Below are positions 26,263-38,849 of a DNA stretch of 64,000 bases, in pieces. The position numbers and the translations under genes are program-made. The notes beneath the pieces are model-generated. The model worked only from the letters and a program-made list of their open reading frames with translations. It made no database searches and had not been told where the DNA came from. Source of the DNA: Haliotis asinina (Eukaryota); contig NC_090294.1 of NCBI RefSeq assembly GCF_037392515.1, positions 14,411,038 to 14,475,037 on the forward strand, written 5' to 3'. Positions within the stretch are counted from its first letter, which is position 1. Each line of letters starts with the position of its first letter.

Positions 26263-27099
26263 CAAGACACGAGTAAACAAGAAGTCTGTGAAACAGAGAA
26301 ACACACTCAGGCTAGAGCAAACATCCTGAACGATCACGTTCAGACTAAACAAGGATCACTTCTATGATCACGTGCGAAGTTTTCATGTCCTGTACCAGTC
26401 AGTTTCCTAATGGTCATATTTGCGAGGAAGCCGGTATCATTCCCGACGTATCGAACTTCCTAGAGTGTAGTAGAATTTATTCTCCGGGCAGGAAGCGCTG
26501 TGTCTTGTTTCTTGTGGTCATTTTTCCTCGAATTGTTCGTGGTATGTTAGCACTGATATCGTCTTTGCCCACAATGTGCATAAACCATCCAATTCAATCG
26601 ACGCACACTGCGCTTCCGGTTTAACACTCCGTCCAATCATGTAATGTTGAGGTATTCAGTCCGGACCTACATTGTGAATTCCAACCAATCATTTTGCAGG
26701 AGACACGATGGAGCTGCTGTATGATTGTGAGTTGCACGTGGGCAGAGCGAATGGGTTGACGCTCGTAAAGGGCGACGCTACTATACTGCTCATTCCTGTA
26801 ATGAAAAGACAACTCTTTACTTTACCTTTCTAAATATTATTCATCAGCTCATTTAAAACATTGTATACATTTTATTTGCATTCAATAAAACATTTGAAGA
26901 AGTGAAAACATTTATCAAAAAAAGTTAAAAGTAAAAATTAAAGTTTACAAGAAACAGCGACAAAGCAAGCACAATAAAAGCAGACAACATATACATCGAC
27001 CGAATTTAAGACTAACAATATTCATAAATCATCACATCGAGGTAGGACTTCATCAGAAAAAATGCATTACCACTAAGGACCTTTATATTAAACAATGTC

Positions 27100-28436
27100 T
27101 ACTAACGTGTAAAAGCGGATGTGAAACCCAGCCGCACTGAATGCCGGGAAGGGGAGGGGGCGGACTCGGCGCACGTACGACAGGTGCAAAGGCACTTTTC
27201 TGTTTGACCGCCGTGATCATATTGGCAGGTGAGAAAGAGAAAATCCCGGGGGCACAAGTCCCTGACAGGCCCGAGGGGGCGGAGAACTGATGGGGAGGCG
27301 AGTGAGACGTAGCAACTGCAGAAAATAAAACAAAAAGGAAAAATAAACAAACCGAAAACGGCCAGAACTGGATCCAGCTCCACCCCCTTCCCAACTCTTG
27401 TCACACATATCTGTCAAAACCTACTGACCTTTAGATTTAAAAGAAGAAACGAAAAGACCATTTTTGAAATACAAGAGAGACAGATAGAAATGAAATTAGA
27501 AAGCAAAATAAGAACGGACCGAAGAAATTAAAAACATTCACGAATAAAAAATACAAAAGTCTTACCAGCTCCCAATCTTCCTGCTTCGTCTCTGAGAAAA
27601 TGATCTAAACCTGAAGAAAAAACAAAAAAAAAAATAACAGATCTTGTCTGAATTCTGTTTGTTAATTTAGATTGGGTATGATATCTAGGATGGATGAATT
27701 GATTTGTTTCACGCATGGATGATTCGAGTCATTAGGCTCTGGTACAACTATCGCAGCAGGGTATCAATAAAGAATAAAGAATTGTTTTACTGCCAGAACG
27801 CGTATTAACGGCTCGGTATCCTGCGACAAACGCTTCCATCCGCTGTGTACCCTTGGTAACGGGGTTGCCGCGACATAATGGCGTAGCTTTTGTTACAGTT
27901 AAGCAGAGTCTAAATATTACAGCTATCGGCCAACGTTGTGTTTCCTTTTCGGAAATAAACACAGCGTAGTAAAAGTCACTGTTTAATTCTCCAATAACCG
28001 GCCGTTTCGAGCGGAAATTGAGCTACAATTGTAAATTGATCTTCGCATTATCCTCGCGCCATGTGCGCGTTATGCTAGCTGCCGAGAGTCACATATGATT
28101 ATGAGCAGACGAGTTAGGATTAACGTACTTTCAAGCGACACGAACTCAAGTTGGGCTTAAGATGGCGGCCCATCGATTTCCCGCCAAATGCGATTGAGTT
28201 CAAACCACGTGCGCGAAATGTTCAGTGAGGTCGCAGAGAGGAGCTTGCACATATTCCACGTCTATTTGCTTGTGAATTATCAGTGAACTATAGATTGGAA
28301 TGTCTGAAACGGTGTGTGCATGATTTGTTCATCACGAGGTCCCATGACGCCTTAGCCAGGCTAACAAGTTGTTGATCAACCTATTAGAAGCGAGTCCCGC
28401 GAGATCTCGGAGAAGCTGGCGCTCCGGTCCAACACA
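27100..28436. promoter_or_regulatory. CpG-rich, promoter-like interval (possible bidirectional promoter region)
   Basis: This AT-rich genome has a local CpG excess here. GC boxes gggggcgg lie at about 27155 and 27270. An E2F-like tttcccgcc lies at 28177-28185 and an E-box cacgtg at 28206-28211. Candidate exons on both strands flank the interval. Confidence 0.3.
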
Positions 28437-28556
28437 ATGGATCTCAGCTCCAATCCCTTCACCAAAATCAAGCTTCTTCCCAGTGAATTATGCGGCATTT
28501 GTTTGGCTAAAACAATTAGCGGAGCCGACTACGGTAGTGTTGATTTTCTACTAAAG
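28437..28556 (+). CDS. Candidate first coding exon (40 aa, MDLSSNPFTKIKLLPSELCGICLAKTISGADYGSVDFLLK) ending at an AAG|gtaat donor
   Basis: ATG in a good Kozak context (acacaATGg) and an open frame of 40 codons ending exactly at a canonical donor. It sits immediately downstream of the CpG-rich interval. No downstream exons were identified. Confidence 0.25.
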
Positions 28557-29294
28557 GTAATTTTGCACTTATTGTTACAAAATATTGTGTGTCCACAAAT
28601 ACCATCGGTTCCAAATGATGTATTGTTCCACTGTAGCGAATATAGAGTAGAGTAAACCCCTGGCTTCATTCCTATAGCCAACACAATGCATAATATGACG
28701 GCAAATTTAACCGAGATTGACGGCTGTCTAACGTTTATTCCGAAGTAGCGTTGAGATCATTGATTATAACTGGTCTCAACTCCCACAAGCGCAGAGGTAA
28801 ACATTGGTACGGTCGCACTATTATTGTCCTGTCTCATCGTTGTGGATTTTGAATTCTTCAGGTAGAAATGGGAATTACTCTAAAAATTGTGCCGTTATAT
28901 CGCAGCATTTACCCTTTGCGCTTTAACGTAATGGTATATCAATGTCGGCACAGACATCAATGACAACAATTAAAGGTATTTCGATTCTTGAAAACTGTTA
29001 TGATAGAGCATTTGGTCGTATGACAATTTTCATTTGAAGTTAATCTATAGTCTACATGATCGGGATAAAAACACTACCTTTAATTTTTACAGAAAGAGGA
29101 AACTTCAGAACGTGAATGTAACATAGTGTAACATGATGAATAGGATATGAATAACATGATATCAAGAATTTCAGATCATGCAATAAAGTGCAAAATATTA
29201 TAAACACCAGTGCCACAATGGTTGAAGGATATGAGGTAAGCCAGCAGCAACGAAATGACAATGACGAGGAAGCGTATCTGACGTCACAACTTAC

Positions 29295-29441
29295 CCATAT
29301 TGCCTAGCGCACCAGCACTTCCGTGATACCCGTTCATTCCCGGCGTGCCTGCGTAGCTTCCGCTGTTTGTACTGTGTGGCGTGGATCCGTTGGAACCGTA
29401 ACCACGGGGCGATACGCTAGAACTTTGGCTTCTGTTGTAGC
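29295..29441 (-). CDS. HLH-protein gene, exon C (S/G/Y/N-rich low-complexity region: YNRSQSSSVSPRGYGSNGSTPHSTNSGSYAGTPGMNGYHGSAGALGNM)
   Basis: Acceptor tttcttccag|GC and donor ATGG|gtaagt on the minus strand. The phase (2 nt at the start, 1 nt at the end) is exactly compatible with exon B. Confidence 0.45.
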
Positions 29442-29629
29442 CTGGAAGAAACAGTTAGTTGCAAATGAAGAGGACCAAAGAGCATCAATCAGTTTCCAAT
29501 AAAATTTCCTCATATTTGGAAAAAAAATAAAAGTGGCATTATGAAAATGAAAATCTGATGTTTTCTTTAAGTTCAACGCATTATGAGCATGCAGTGGATC
29601 TGCCACTAGGCTTTAGTAATAAACAAGAC

Positions 29630-29860
29630 AGAGAGTGACGTGGGTTTTACGCCGCATTGAACAGTGTTCCAGTTCCATAATGGTGAGCCAGGTTTATCTG
29701 TCTCAGCCTTTTTACCACTTTGGTGGATCCAAAGGGTAATACCAAAGCAAAAACCATAGTCGGGGCGAACCTAGATTCGAACTACGATCATTGGTTTCTG
29801 GCATCTCTTCACAGAACGCTGAGGCACTTTAGATAACTGGGTCACTCGTATACCATACAC
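29630..29860 (-). repeat. tRNA-derived SINE copy inside the HLH-gene intron
   Basis: The reverse complement has gtagttcgaatctaggttcgcc and the tail ttcaatgcggcgtaaaacccacgtcactctct. Confidence 0.55.
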
Positions 29861-30291
29861 AACATAAGCAGGTGTAGATGACAATAGTACATGCTTTACA
29901 AAGAAGCACAGAAGCTACAAAGGTCGACTACATCCACTTTGCAAAATTGCTGTTCATTATTATCAATAAAATGTGTACATAACATGCATGAACTTTTACT
30001 GAGTCTTTTCCTCGGGAGATTCTAGCCATCAACGTCCATGCGTCTAAACAGCTGTAATTTAGAGACTGCTTTTTAACAATTTATTTTGTTTCGTAAGAAG
30101 CCACATGCACGCATTGTAATGAAATATTCTCAAAATGCTCCAACACATCCATCGCTACATCTATCAACTCAGAAAGACAGTCAAGTATTTCAGGAAGCCA
30201 AGGGAGGCCACTCTGGTTAGAGCAAAGGGAGGCAACTCAGAGGCGATGTAACTAAGAAGGTTGGAGCGTCACCAACCTTCTTCCCACTGAC

Positions 30292-30469
30292 CGGTGACTG
30301 TATCGGCCACGCTGACCGCTAGCTGACCAGGGTAGGTGTTGAATCCGGACATTGGGGATGTGTTGTTCATGGCAGGGGACCTGGGGGCTGGAAGTGATAG
30401 CTGGTTGGGGTTGCGGGGCATACTGTACAGTGCCTCGGCTAGATCCGCGGCACGTTTTAAGATTATTTC
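30292..30469 (-). CDS. HLH-protein gene, exon B (helix 2 and linker: [59 protein letters not shown])
   Basis: Acceptor tctctccag|GAAATA and donor CACCG|gtcagt. The 178 nt are in phase 0 at the start and phase 1 at the end, which joins in frame with exons A and C. Confidence 0.5.
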
Positions 30470-31216
30470 CTGGAGAGACAAAAATACATATATAACAATA
30501 ATCACCAAATAAAAAGCATTGACACTTCACTATATCGCAAAAAATGGACGCTGGTATCTACTGGCTTGACTGACATGCTTTAAGATAAAGTGAAAAGGAA
30601 TTAACATTTCAGAGTAAACTGTTGCACCGATTCATAATTAGGAGAAATGGTCGTTTCTGAAGCTGAACGCAAACGTTGGAAACCAAGTAATATGTAACAT
30701 GATAACATGAGATATATAGTGTCATGTTAACTTTGAATCATGTTAAGAACTTGTGCCCGAATGCCCGTTACTGCCAATGTCTCACATAGCAGTATTCACC
30801 GCCAGGTTCCAACAGAACGGACATAAATGGATTTGATAAAGTTCACAGAGTACCAAAAAATATAATATTTATCCCTTAGATCAAATATCACGAAACACGA
30901 TTTTAAACGCAATAAAACCCAACAACTAAAATCTGCACATCGAAAATAGCTAATCCATTATCACGACGGTGGAGGAACTGGTGAATGCAACACTATAAAC
31001 TCTTCCGCCGATAATTAGAGCAATAAAAGAGAACGGGTTAGTGGCTACCTGCTAACAGATGTTCTCATCCAAAGCTATGACAATTATTGATTGGGTGTAA
31101 CTTTCTGAATTATGTTCAAAGGCACTCGAAAGGTAGCGGTGCATATCATTGTTAGCGGGAGCGAGTTGACGGAGACCAGTGACTAAGAATGATATCATCC
31201 TGAAAACTTGTCTTAC

Positions 31217-31305
31217 TTTGGGAAGTCGCTCAGGGTCCCCGGGATGGCGTGGTACCAATTTCATGAGGCGTTGAAACCCGTAGTCTATCGTTGGTTCTGT
31301 TAACG
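31217..31305 (-). CDS. HLH-protein gene, exon A (helix 1 and loop: [29 protein letters not shown])
   Basis: Strong acceptor ttttcttttcccacag|CG and donor CCCAAA|gtaaga. The joined A+B peptide [38 protein letters not shown] fits the HLH pattern (compare AP-4 INAGFQSLKTLIP...KLSKAAILQQTAEYI and Id CYSRLKELVP...VSKVEILQHVIDYI). Confidence 0.5.
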
Positions 31306-32478
31306 CTGTGGGAAAAGAAAACATAAAATTCAATGCAAAAAATCTTGAAGACTCATTTCTCTGAAAACAAAACAAGAAGCGACGTAACCTGAATTCAGCC
31401 TCCTGATAAACACAGCACCGTGACATGTTACGCATTGTTATATTAATTAATGATGAGCGTGTGGTGTTCGCACAATGACCATGAAAAGGAGAACGGTGTT
31501 GGTTATGGATCTGTACTTAAGTTGCTATTCAGTACGTAATTTCTACTTTAATTCACACTGTTCGTGATATTATCTATGTTATCTGTACCATATGTAATAC
31601 TGTTGGTCAAAAAAGATCCTGTGTTAGACATATGTTGTTCCAGCCATGCGTGTCACGTTCAATCTGGATAGTTCCGCCATCGCGGCTGCAGAACTGGTAC
31701 GGAAGCCATTTTGATTTGACATTTCCCTTCGGAATACTGACTGTCTAACCGCTTGTGTTCACTGACGAGGTCCATGAAGCGTGTCTTTGGTAGAAGTGTT
31801 GGCAACGACAATAGCCAGAGTTCTGGCTTGCAACAATATCATGAGGTAAATATTTCATGAGGAGATACCACTTTAAATGAATAATGCACACACGCAATAT
31901 GGCGCGACGAAGCTGGCATATGTCAAGTTCATTCACGATGGATCCACGCAATACCGTCAATTGACAATTAATCCACAGGAGCCCGCTGTACGCTTCGATG
32001 CGGCATAGCGGTTTACAATGGTGCATAGTTTATGGGAGTATAAAATTATGTAGTCTGTGAATGTCTGCGGTTTGGTTCCTACCTGATATGAATTTACTGG
32101 TAAAACCGTTTTATTAAGAAGCTAAGAGTTCATGACGTCCAATTTTGGCTAATAGTTTTATGGGCGCTCGCGTTTCGCTTGACTGCGTTCTCTCAGAGAT
32201 CACTAGCCAAATTTGAGTCCATATTCGCGGATGACGAAAACAAAATGACAGCTTTTAGTTATCAATGTAATAAGAGGTGACTGTATTTAAGATCGATATC
32301 CCCCTTCTGCCAGTGTTAAACCAAAGCCCCAGTCAGGAAATGGGGAGGTTCCTACGGAGGAAGGATCGGAAACAGCGAGAGTGCCCTTCTCCTAAATTTC
32401 CACACTATCACGACAGCCCCCGACTATTGCCGTTTAAGTGATCGGTAATTTTCGGGATCACTCGTTTAAAGAGACGCT

Positions 32479-32492
32479 TCCTGATTGGCTGT
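32479..32492 (-). promoter_or_regulatory. CCAAT box (NF-Y type, cagccaatcag on the minus strand) about 1.2 kb upstream of the HLH exons
   Basis: Plus-strand cctgattggctg matches the extended NF-Y consensus on the minus strand. Its position and orientation suit a promoter for the minus-strand gene. Confidence 0.25.
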
Positions 32493-35400
32493 TTTCTTCT
32501 CTTGTCTCTTTGACATGCGACTTGGATGAAAAAGTGGTCGGGGATCTATGAGAGGTTAATAACTCTTCATATACGAGTATGGCCAAGCTAATACACTGTT
32601 ATCGATTCGACAAGCCACCAGGGTTTGGGGGAGATCTGGACGCCTTTCATCACCACTGTCGGCGTGAGCAAGATTAGTTCAACGTCATCATTATGAATGA
32701 GAATTTCCCAGAGAGTGAAACCTGCACCTAATATTAGCATATTTGTTTACGGAATTCGTTTCTCTTTATTTGGACATGTATATGATCGAGACAAATTGTA
32801 GAGAACTCAAAACCTCTAATTGATGCATGACCGCGTTATTGGCTTGTCAATACTACAGGAGCGGTTGCGATTTTGACAGCCACTGTTTATTTGCACTGAC
32901 GTTTAGGCAGCACCAAAAAATAGAACCGAAAAACAAACGGTCCATGTTATGTCTTGCTCTATGGTAATATCAGGAAAACCACAAAGAAGACACAGATCCT
33001 CACTCACGATGGCTATGAGTTAGAAAGACCTAAAACTGTTAAATAGCATGTTAAATGAAATTTAAAACACTTTCACAAAAAGAGTTTCTTTTAAATAATG
33101 GCATGTCAGCAAGTACACGTTTAACATGCCTACATATACTAGCAACTCGTCCCTCTCTGAAACGGTAAATAAGCTTACACGATGCTCAGTATCAGCTCGT
33201 CTATCGGAGCTTTCATTTATTAATAATTTTATGGGAAAATAGGATTTGCGATGCCCAACAACTCTGGATCTGTTTCAATGCATACACCCCGTCTATGACT
33301 GTTAGACTAGAACAATTTGTCGCCTTATATTGTCTGACGTGAAATTCATTAATTATGGACGTTTCGCTGGCTCCTTCGGTATAGTCCTGGTTCATTTATG
33401 CACATGCCATTGTACATTGGTGGAGAAAGCTAAGTAATTTATCCCAAGGGGGCTACTGTTAGAAACAATTGATGTTGGTAAAGGGAGAGAGATGGTCCGT
33501 GAGCTGGGATTACTGATAGAGAATTAAAGTAACTGAATGCTATCAGATTGCACCTTCCCTGGAGAAAAGTCTGAAGTGAAAATATGAAGACATACTTGTA
33601 CATTCCATTTAAACACTACAGTGTTAACGAGCTGTCTGGAGAACCCGCCACTTAAGCCCGACTGAGCACCAGTCTCCGCCTTGTTTACATTTTGGTCTTA
33701 TTTCAACATTTCTTGACGATATCGAATAAATCAAAAACAAGCTTCAATGTTGATCTTGTAAAATTTCCCACAAAGTAGGTGTATTTTTTGCAACCGATTT
33801 TAACAAAAATGCAAACATTTTGACAGGTGTGCTAGTAAGAATATTTTTCCGTGTCCTAACACGTGGCTCTTGTTGGAAACAATGGCGAGACATACGCGCA
33901 ACACTCGTCGGAAGTAGGAACTGGTAAACCGGAAATCAAATCCCGCCCACAAAACAAACTGGGAAGCATCCGAGGCGACAAACAGACATACCAGGGACAT
34001 ATCTCTCCTCTTAAAATGACCATTCAAGTTACCGGTACTTTCAACCAGTCCTCAAGAAATAACATTACGGTCAAAAGTTGATACCGCTTTTGTGCTTGAT
34101 AATATGCCTATCAGTATATTCGTGTATATCACATAGAGTTGATACCAGTTCTACCTTGAAAATAAACCTATCATTTATTTCTTTTTCTATTTATAAATAA
34201 AAAATGATGACAGATTTGTTAGTTTTTTTCAAAGATCAAGGTTCAAATTATACCTATCATCAATTTCCTTGTCTATTTGTGTATGACATAATATTAATAA
34301 TAATAGATTTGGGTTTTTTTAAGATCAAGATACAGATTAATTCAACTTGTGAAAATGGTTTTATTTTCTTGTCGTATTCCACTTTGTCAATTTGAAATAT
34401 ATTCAGATGAGATTATTTATCCTTTGATTATCACAACTGTGGGTTGGTTTCTTTCACCCAAAACATTGTCAGGTCTTCACAAATAAGGTTAAAGTGATGC
34501 ATTTGCTGACTGTTCCAAGTGGACAGTTTTAATTATTTCAACCATTGACGCTGTATAATTAATACGTTAAATATGTATCTGCAGATCTCAAGCAAGGCTA
34601 TCGGAACAATCTCGCCTTCTTTCACAAGAAATATCCTCGAAGAACGAGTGTGAAGACATTATGCTTTGATCATTGAAGGCTATACCGATCGATAATGGAA
34701 AACCTGATAAAAAGAGAGAGCAAGAAAATATGTCTGCCTTTAAGCTATTGCACCGACTGACGCGAGTGTTCATGTTGGCATTTATACGACTTTTCATACG
34801 CGTGCTATTTCATGCATAAATAATGTGTAGAATTCAGTATTGTAGCTACATGGGGAGGACTCTACGTGAATATTAATTTGCAGTTTGGAGAAATATGGGA
34901 ATATCACACGCTTATTTGTTTGCTCAGTACATTGATCGAGAAAGTTGGTTCAGTCAAGTGGTGTACATACTGCTGGGCTGTTCTTAACGTGTGCCTCCAA
35001 GATAGTTTTCCTGAAGAAGCGTTTAAAAAAAGTAAAAGCATTCACCCGGGAGACAAACTCGAGGCAATTTCGCGAAGGATGTGTCCATATGTGCACCGTT
35101 CTTAAGATGGTTGCAAAAATATTAAATAAAATGTCACTGTTTTATTTAATATCTTTCTCGTTTTATAGAAATGTAATGTCTTCTTGAACGAATAAATGTA
35201 GATGTTGAAACATATTTCTCATTCAGTTATTGATGGTATACTCTACTTCATCTAGTATCAAGTATATTCTACTTCATCTCAATATTTTGATCATAATGTA
35301 CTGACTGTGTAAATGCATTAGTTCAGTGAGCAATAAATGTGTTTGTAACACTTCGTCATGTCATGCTCTATTAGATATTTCTACCAAACCAAAATAAACA

Positions 35401-35921
35401 GGTTTCTTGAAATATGTTATTTTTGGCTAAATATGTATGTTATATAAAAAAATATTCCCTGTGCCACATGACACAGCTAATAAATGACCTAACACGTCAA
35501 AATATAAAGAGCGTGTTGATAATGAGATACATGTCCTGAAAAAATGTCTGAATCTTGTGTATGTCATCTTGTTGTAACTGCTGTATAACCATGGGTAAAA
35601 TGTAACTCATATACCACTGTTGGTGGTAATAAGGCCTTTGAGTAATAAGAATGATAATGATGACTGTATGTCTGTACTGATACATAAACATTTATACCAA
35701 TGAAAACATAATTGAAGGTTAATTCTAACTGGTTGTGAATTGTGGTATATACGGAAAAACAATGCTATGACGGACAATGTTTTGTTTCTAGGGAACGATG
35801 ATGCCAGTGTGCAGTAATATAAGTAACGTGATATTAACAAAATAAAATATTCATTACATCTGTTAAGAGATATTCCGATATTTACCTGTTGTAGAAGACA
35901 ATATGATACAAAAACAATCTA

Positions 35922-36059
<138 letters not shown>

Positions 36060-38528
36060 CTACAGCAGGTGAAAAAAATGTCGAATAAACATTACGCCAA
36101 TCACATTGCCTTTTATATCTATTATGGAATATGGCATGGTGTACACAGTGTGAACAATGCGTTATAAACTTATTACGGGCGATATAAATCTCTGTTGAAG
36201 ATCGTGTCATGATTTATAATTCTGAACATATGTTTATAACGAAACCTCTACTAAGCAAGGTCTGCGGATATGTTGCTCAATAATATGTTCAAGGATAGTC
36301 GCTCTATGCTTTGTGATCTGAAACTGACGTAATTATCGATGTATAAACTAAAATACGAGATCAATATCAGTTTAACCCTCGAAAGGATGAAATTATGAAA
36401 ATCAAGAATTATATAAAGTTAGGGAACATATTTGGTTTTTCTGAACAGTAAGTCATACAAACGTAAGGACGAATATAATTTATTGGTTTTGTTCAGGAAT
36501 CGGTATTCCAGTCATTCATAATTGTCAGCTGTTTTTGGATACTTAAAATGAACATATATTTTAGAAATTTGAACATGCATACCTCGCCTTTCATGTTTTC
36601 AGCCATTAACAATGAAGGACCCGAGGCAACTTCTGGTATGACTTGAATTAATTATTGATAATTCGAGTGTCAACCTTTTTGTGAATTATAGCCCCAATCC
36701 TACTTTATATTTTCAGCATAGTTGTTAATTATACATCATTTGCTTCCAATGAATACATGATACGAACTATATTGACACGTTAACTATAGAGGAAAGAGCT
36801 CTCAGGTTTCAGTACCATAATTCATTAGATAAAAAAACCGTTTGTGTAAACGGAGATTTCGAAAAAAAATAATGGTATTGTTTAGTTGTTAAGGAAGTAT
36901 TCCCTTTCGTGATTCTTTTAAATACTAACATCAATAATAGGTGCTTTCATGTCATGTCAACAATTCTACATACGGGCATATTTTAAAACAAGGAATTTCT
37001 CTTTTCAACAAATTTGACAAGACATTTGACAAGAATCAGCAAATTTGTATGGTATCGAATATTAGATTTACTTTCAGGGTGTTAATATGCTCTAAATATG
37101 AAAGATTGAGGCAAATTGTACTCAAAGCTAGATCAGTAATTACATGTTACCCTGACTGATAAACTGGTACTAAAGTGTATCAAGACCCTCGTTTCTCTAG
37201 ATGCTTCAATTATTACCAATTAACTCCCTCTAAGTGACCCTGGTCTCTTCTAGGATTTGACTTAATAACTGTTTGAGCCCCTACGCTTTCTCAACGGGAT
37301 GTGTTCCTGCTGCCGTAAGAACATGAGTCGGGGGATGCAATTAAGACGCCAACCTCATCCCGTACCTTGCTGATGCAGATTAATAGTTCTGTTACTCGCT
37401 GCAGTGTCGAGGGAGAGGAAAACATTTGTTTTCTTGTCCCATTCTGATGCCCTGACAGACTTTCAGATGTGTTTAGCGCGATATAAGGCAAGACGCATTG
37501 CCCGTTTCTTCAAGTTGGTTGCAGGAGAGATTGTATCGGTTAAGATATACGGCATCTTTCGTTACTCTAACTCTCGTCATTAACAAATGCTTGATAATTC
37601 AAAGAAAACAATTACGAGGAAAACCTGTATTCCCTGATCGCGCTGGAAATGACAATCATCGCCTGTGGATTTATAGGAAACTGTCGAGTTTTGTGTACGT
37701 AGTATTTTACACATTCATATCTCCCCCTAGTGTTGACAGAAGCCGTATCTCACACGAAACGGGACAACAGAGAGAGGAGGTTTCTATACTGATTTATCTC
37801 AGTCATGTAGTATCAATCTTTTCCATATATTTGGACAAACTGTTTTGAAAATAATGTTTCCGAAAACAATTCTTTGAAATTCCTCTAATGAGTTTCTTTT
37901 TAAAATAGTCTGTCACAAAAAGTGTCAAAGCTGCTTCATATGACGTATACGTGATGGTACGATATGCCTATCAATATTCACCGATGAAACAGTAGGAACC
38001 GTGAATATATGGGCGGATATTGTTTTGTGAGTGCCCAGTTTCTTAAACATATCCCCACACATACTCATGATCTACAACGTTTCGTTCATATATTTTCCGT
38101 AAAGAGGTAATTACCATGTGATAGATCACTTTACTGTAAAGCGTGACAACTATATTGCATGCAGACTGACAACACTGCTGATTGTCATAACGTTTTTGCT
38201 ATGGATGTTTGTGTTGACGGAGTCATACAACCTCATCATAATAGCTGACACAGGATCATAAAAACTAACGACTATGATACTAGTAATTCATTAATAAGTG
38301 TAATTATAACAGCACTAATGGTAGTATTACCGTTGTGGCTCGCTTGTGTTGTTGTGAGTCATGTACACAGCATGTTATTTACAAGTGTCACCCAACAGAG
38401 CCCTAGTGGCGGCCTATCTCGCCCAGCGCTCCCATCACCCAGGCCGTGAATGGATAGCATAATCAGACAGATTTGAAGGGAGTCTTTTATCACGAAGCTA
38501 AAAAGCTGCCATACTGGCCCGGACCAAA

Positions 38529-38849
38529 ATGAATCTAGGCGTTGTGACAGCTTTGATGATTTCAGGAGTGATGAGTTTGTTGGCAATAGCTAGCCCAGTC
38601 TTCTCTCTTCGTCGACGACATGATGAGAAACTGTACGACCAAGTCGTCCGGCTAATGTGTTGCCCCGCTGATGAAGTGAGAATTAACTGTCCCATTACTA
38701 CCGGCGAGATTTTCATTTTAATCAACAAAAATCATTTCGGTATCAGGTGCGAGCTCCTCTTTCCAAAAATGAAGAGCAATTACGGCGAGATCGGCCCTGA
38801 CAGTTGGTCGCCATTGCCGGCAAATTTATTATTTCTGGTATTCAAATGA
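38529..38849 (+). CDS. Candidate small secreted cysteine-containing peptide precursor (106 aa), single-ORF model
   Basis: The N-terminal 25 residues (MNLGVVTALMISGVMSLLAIASPVF) have a signal-peptide character, followed by an RRR basic site and 4 Cys. Kozak context is caaaATGa, and a TAAAAAG lies about 30 nt upstream. There is no poly-A signal and no homology is recognised. Confidence 0.2.
   Translation: MNLGVVTALMISGVMSLLAIASPVFSLRRRHDEKLYDQVVRLMCCPADEVRINCPITTGEIFILINKNHFGIRCELLFPKMKSNYGEIGPDSWSPLPANLLFLVFK

Noticed and set aside
29052-29077. Possible 26-nt terminal coding exon of the HLH gene (GSVFIPIM*)
   Set aside because: The phase fits, but the acceptor is weak (taaaaattaaag|) and no poly-A signal follows. 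It is kept as a note under the finding and not as a feature.
31745-32026. Minus-strand 93-aa ORF upstream of the HLH exons, examined as a possible basic-region exon
   Set aside because: It has no ERxR-type basic motif, no convincing splice sites, and a frame incompatible with exon A phase.
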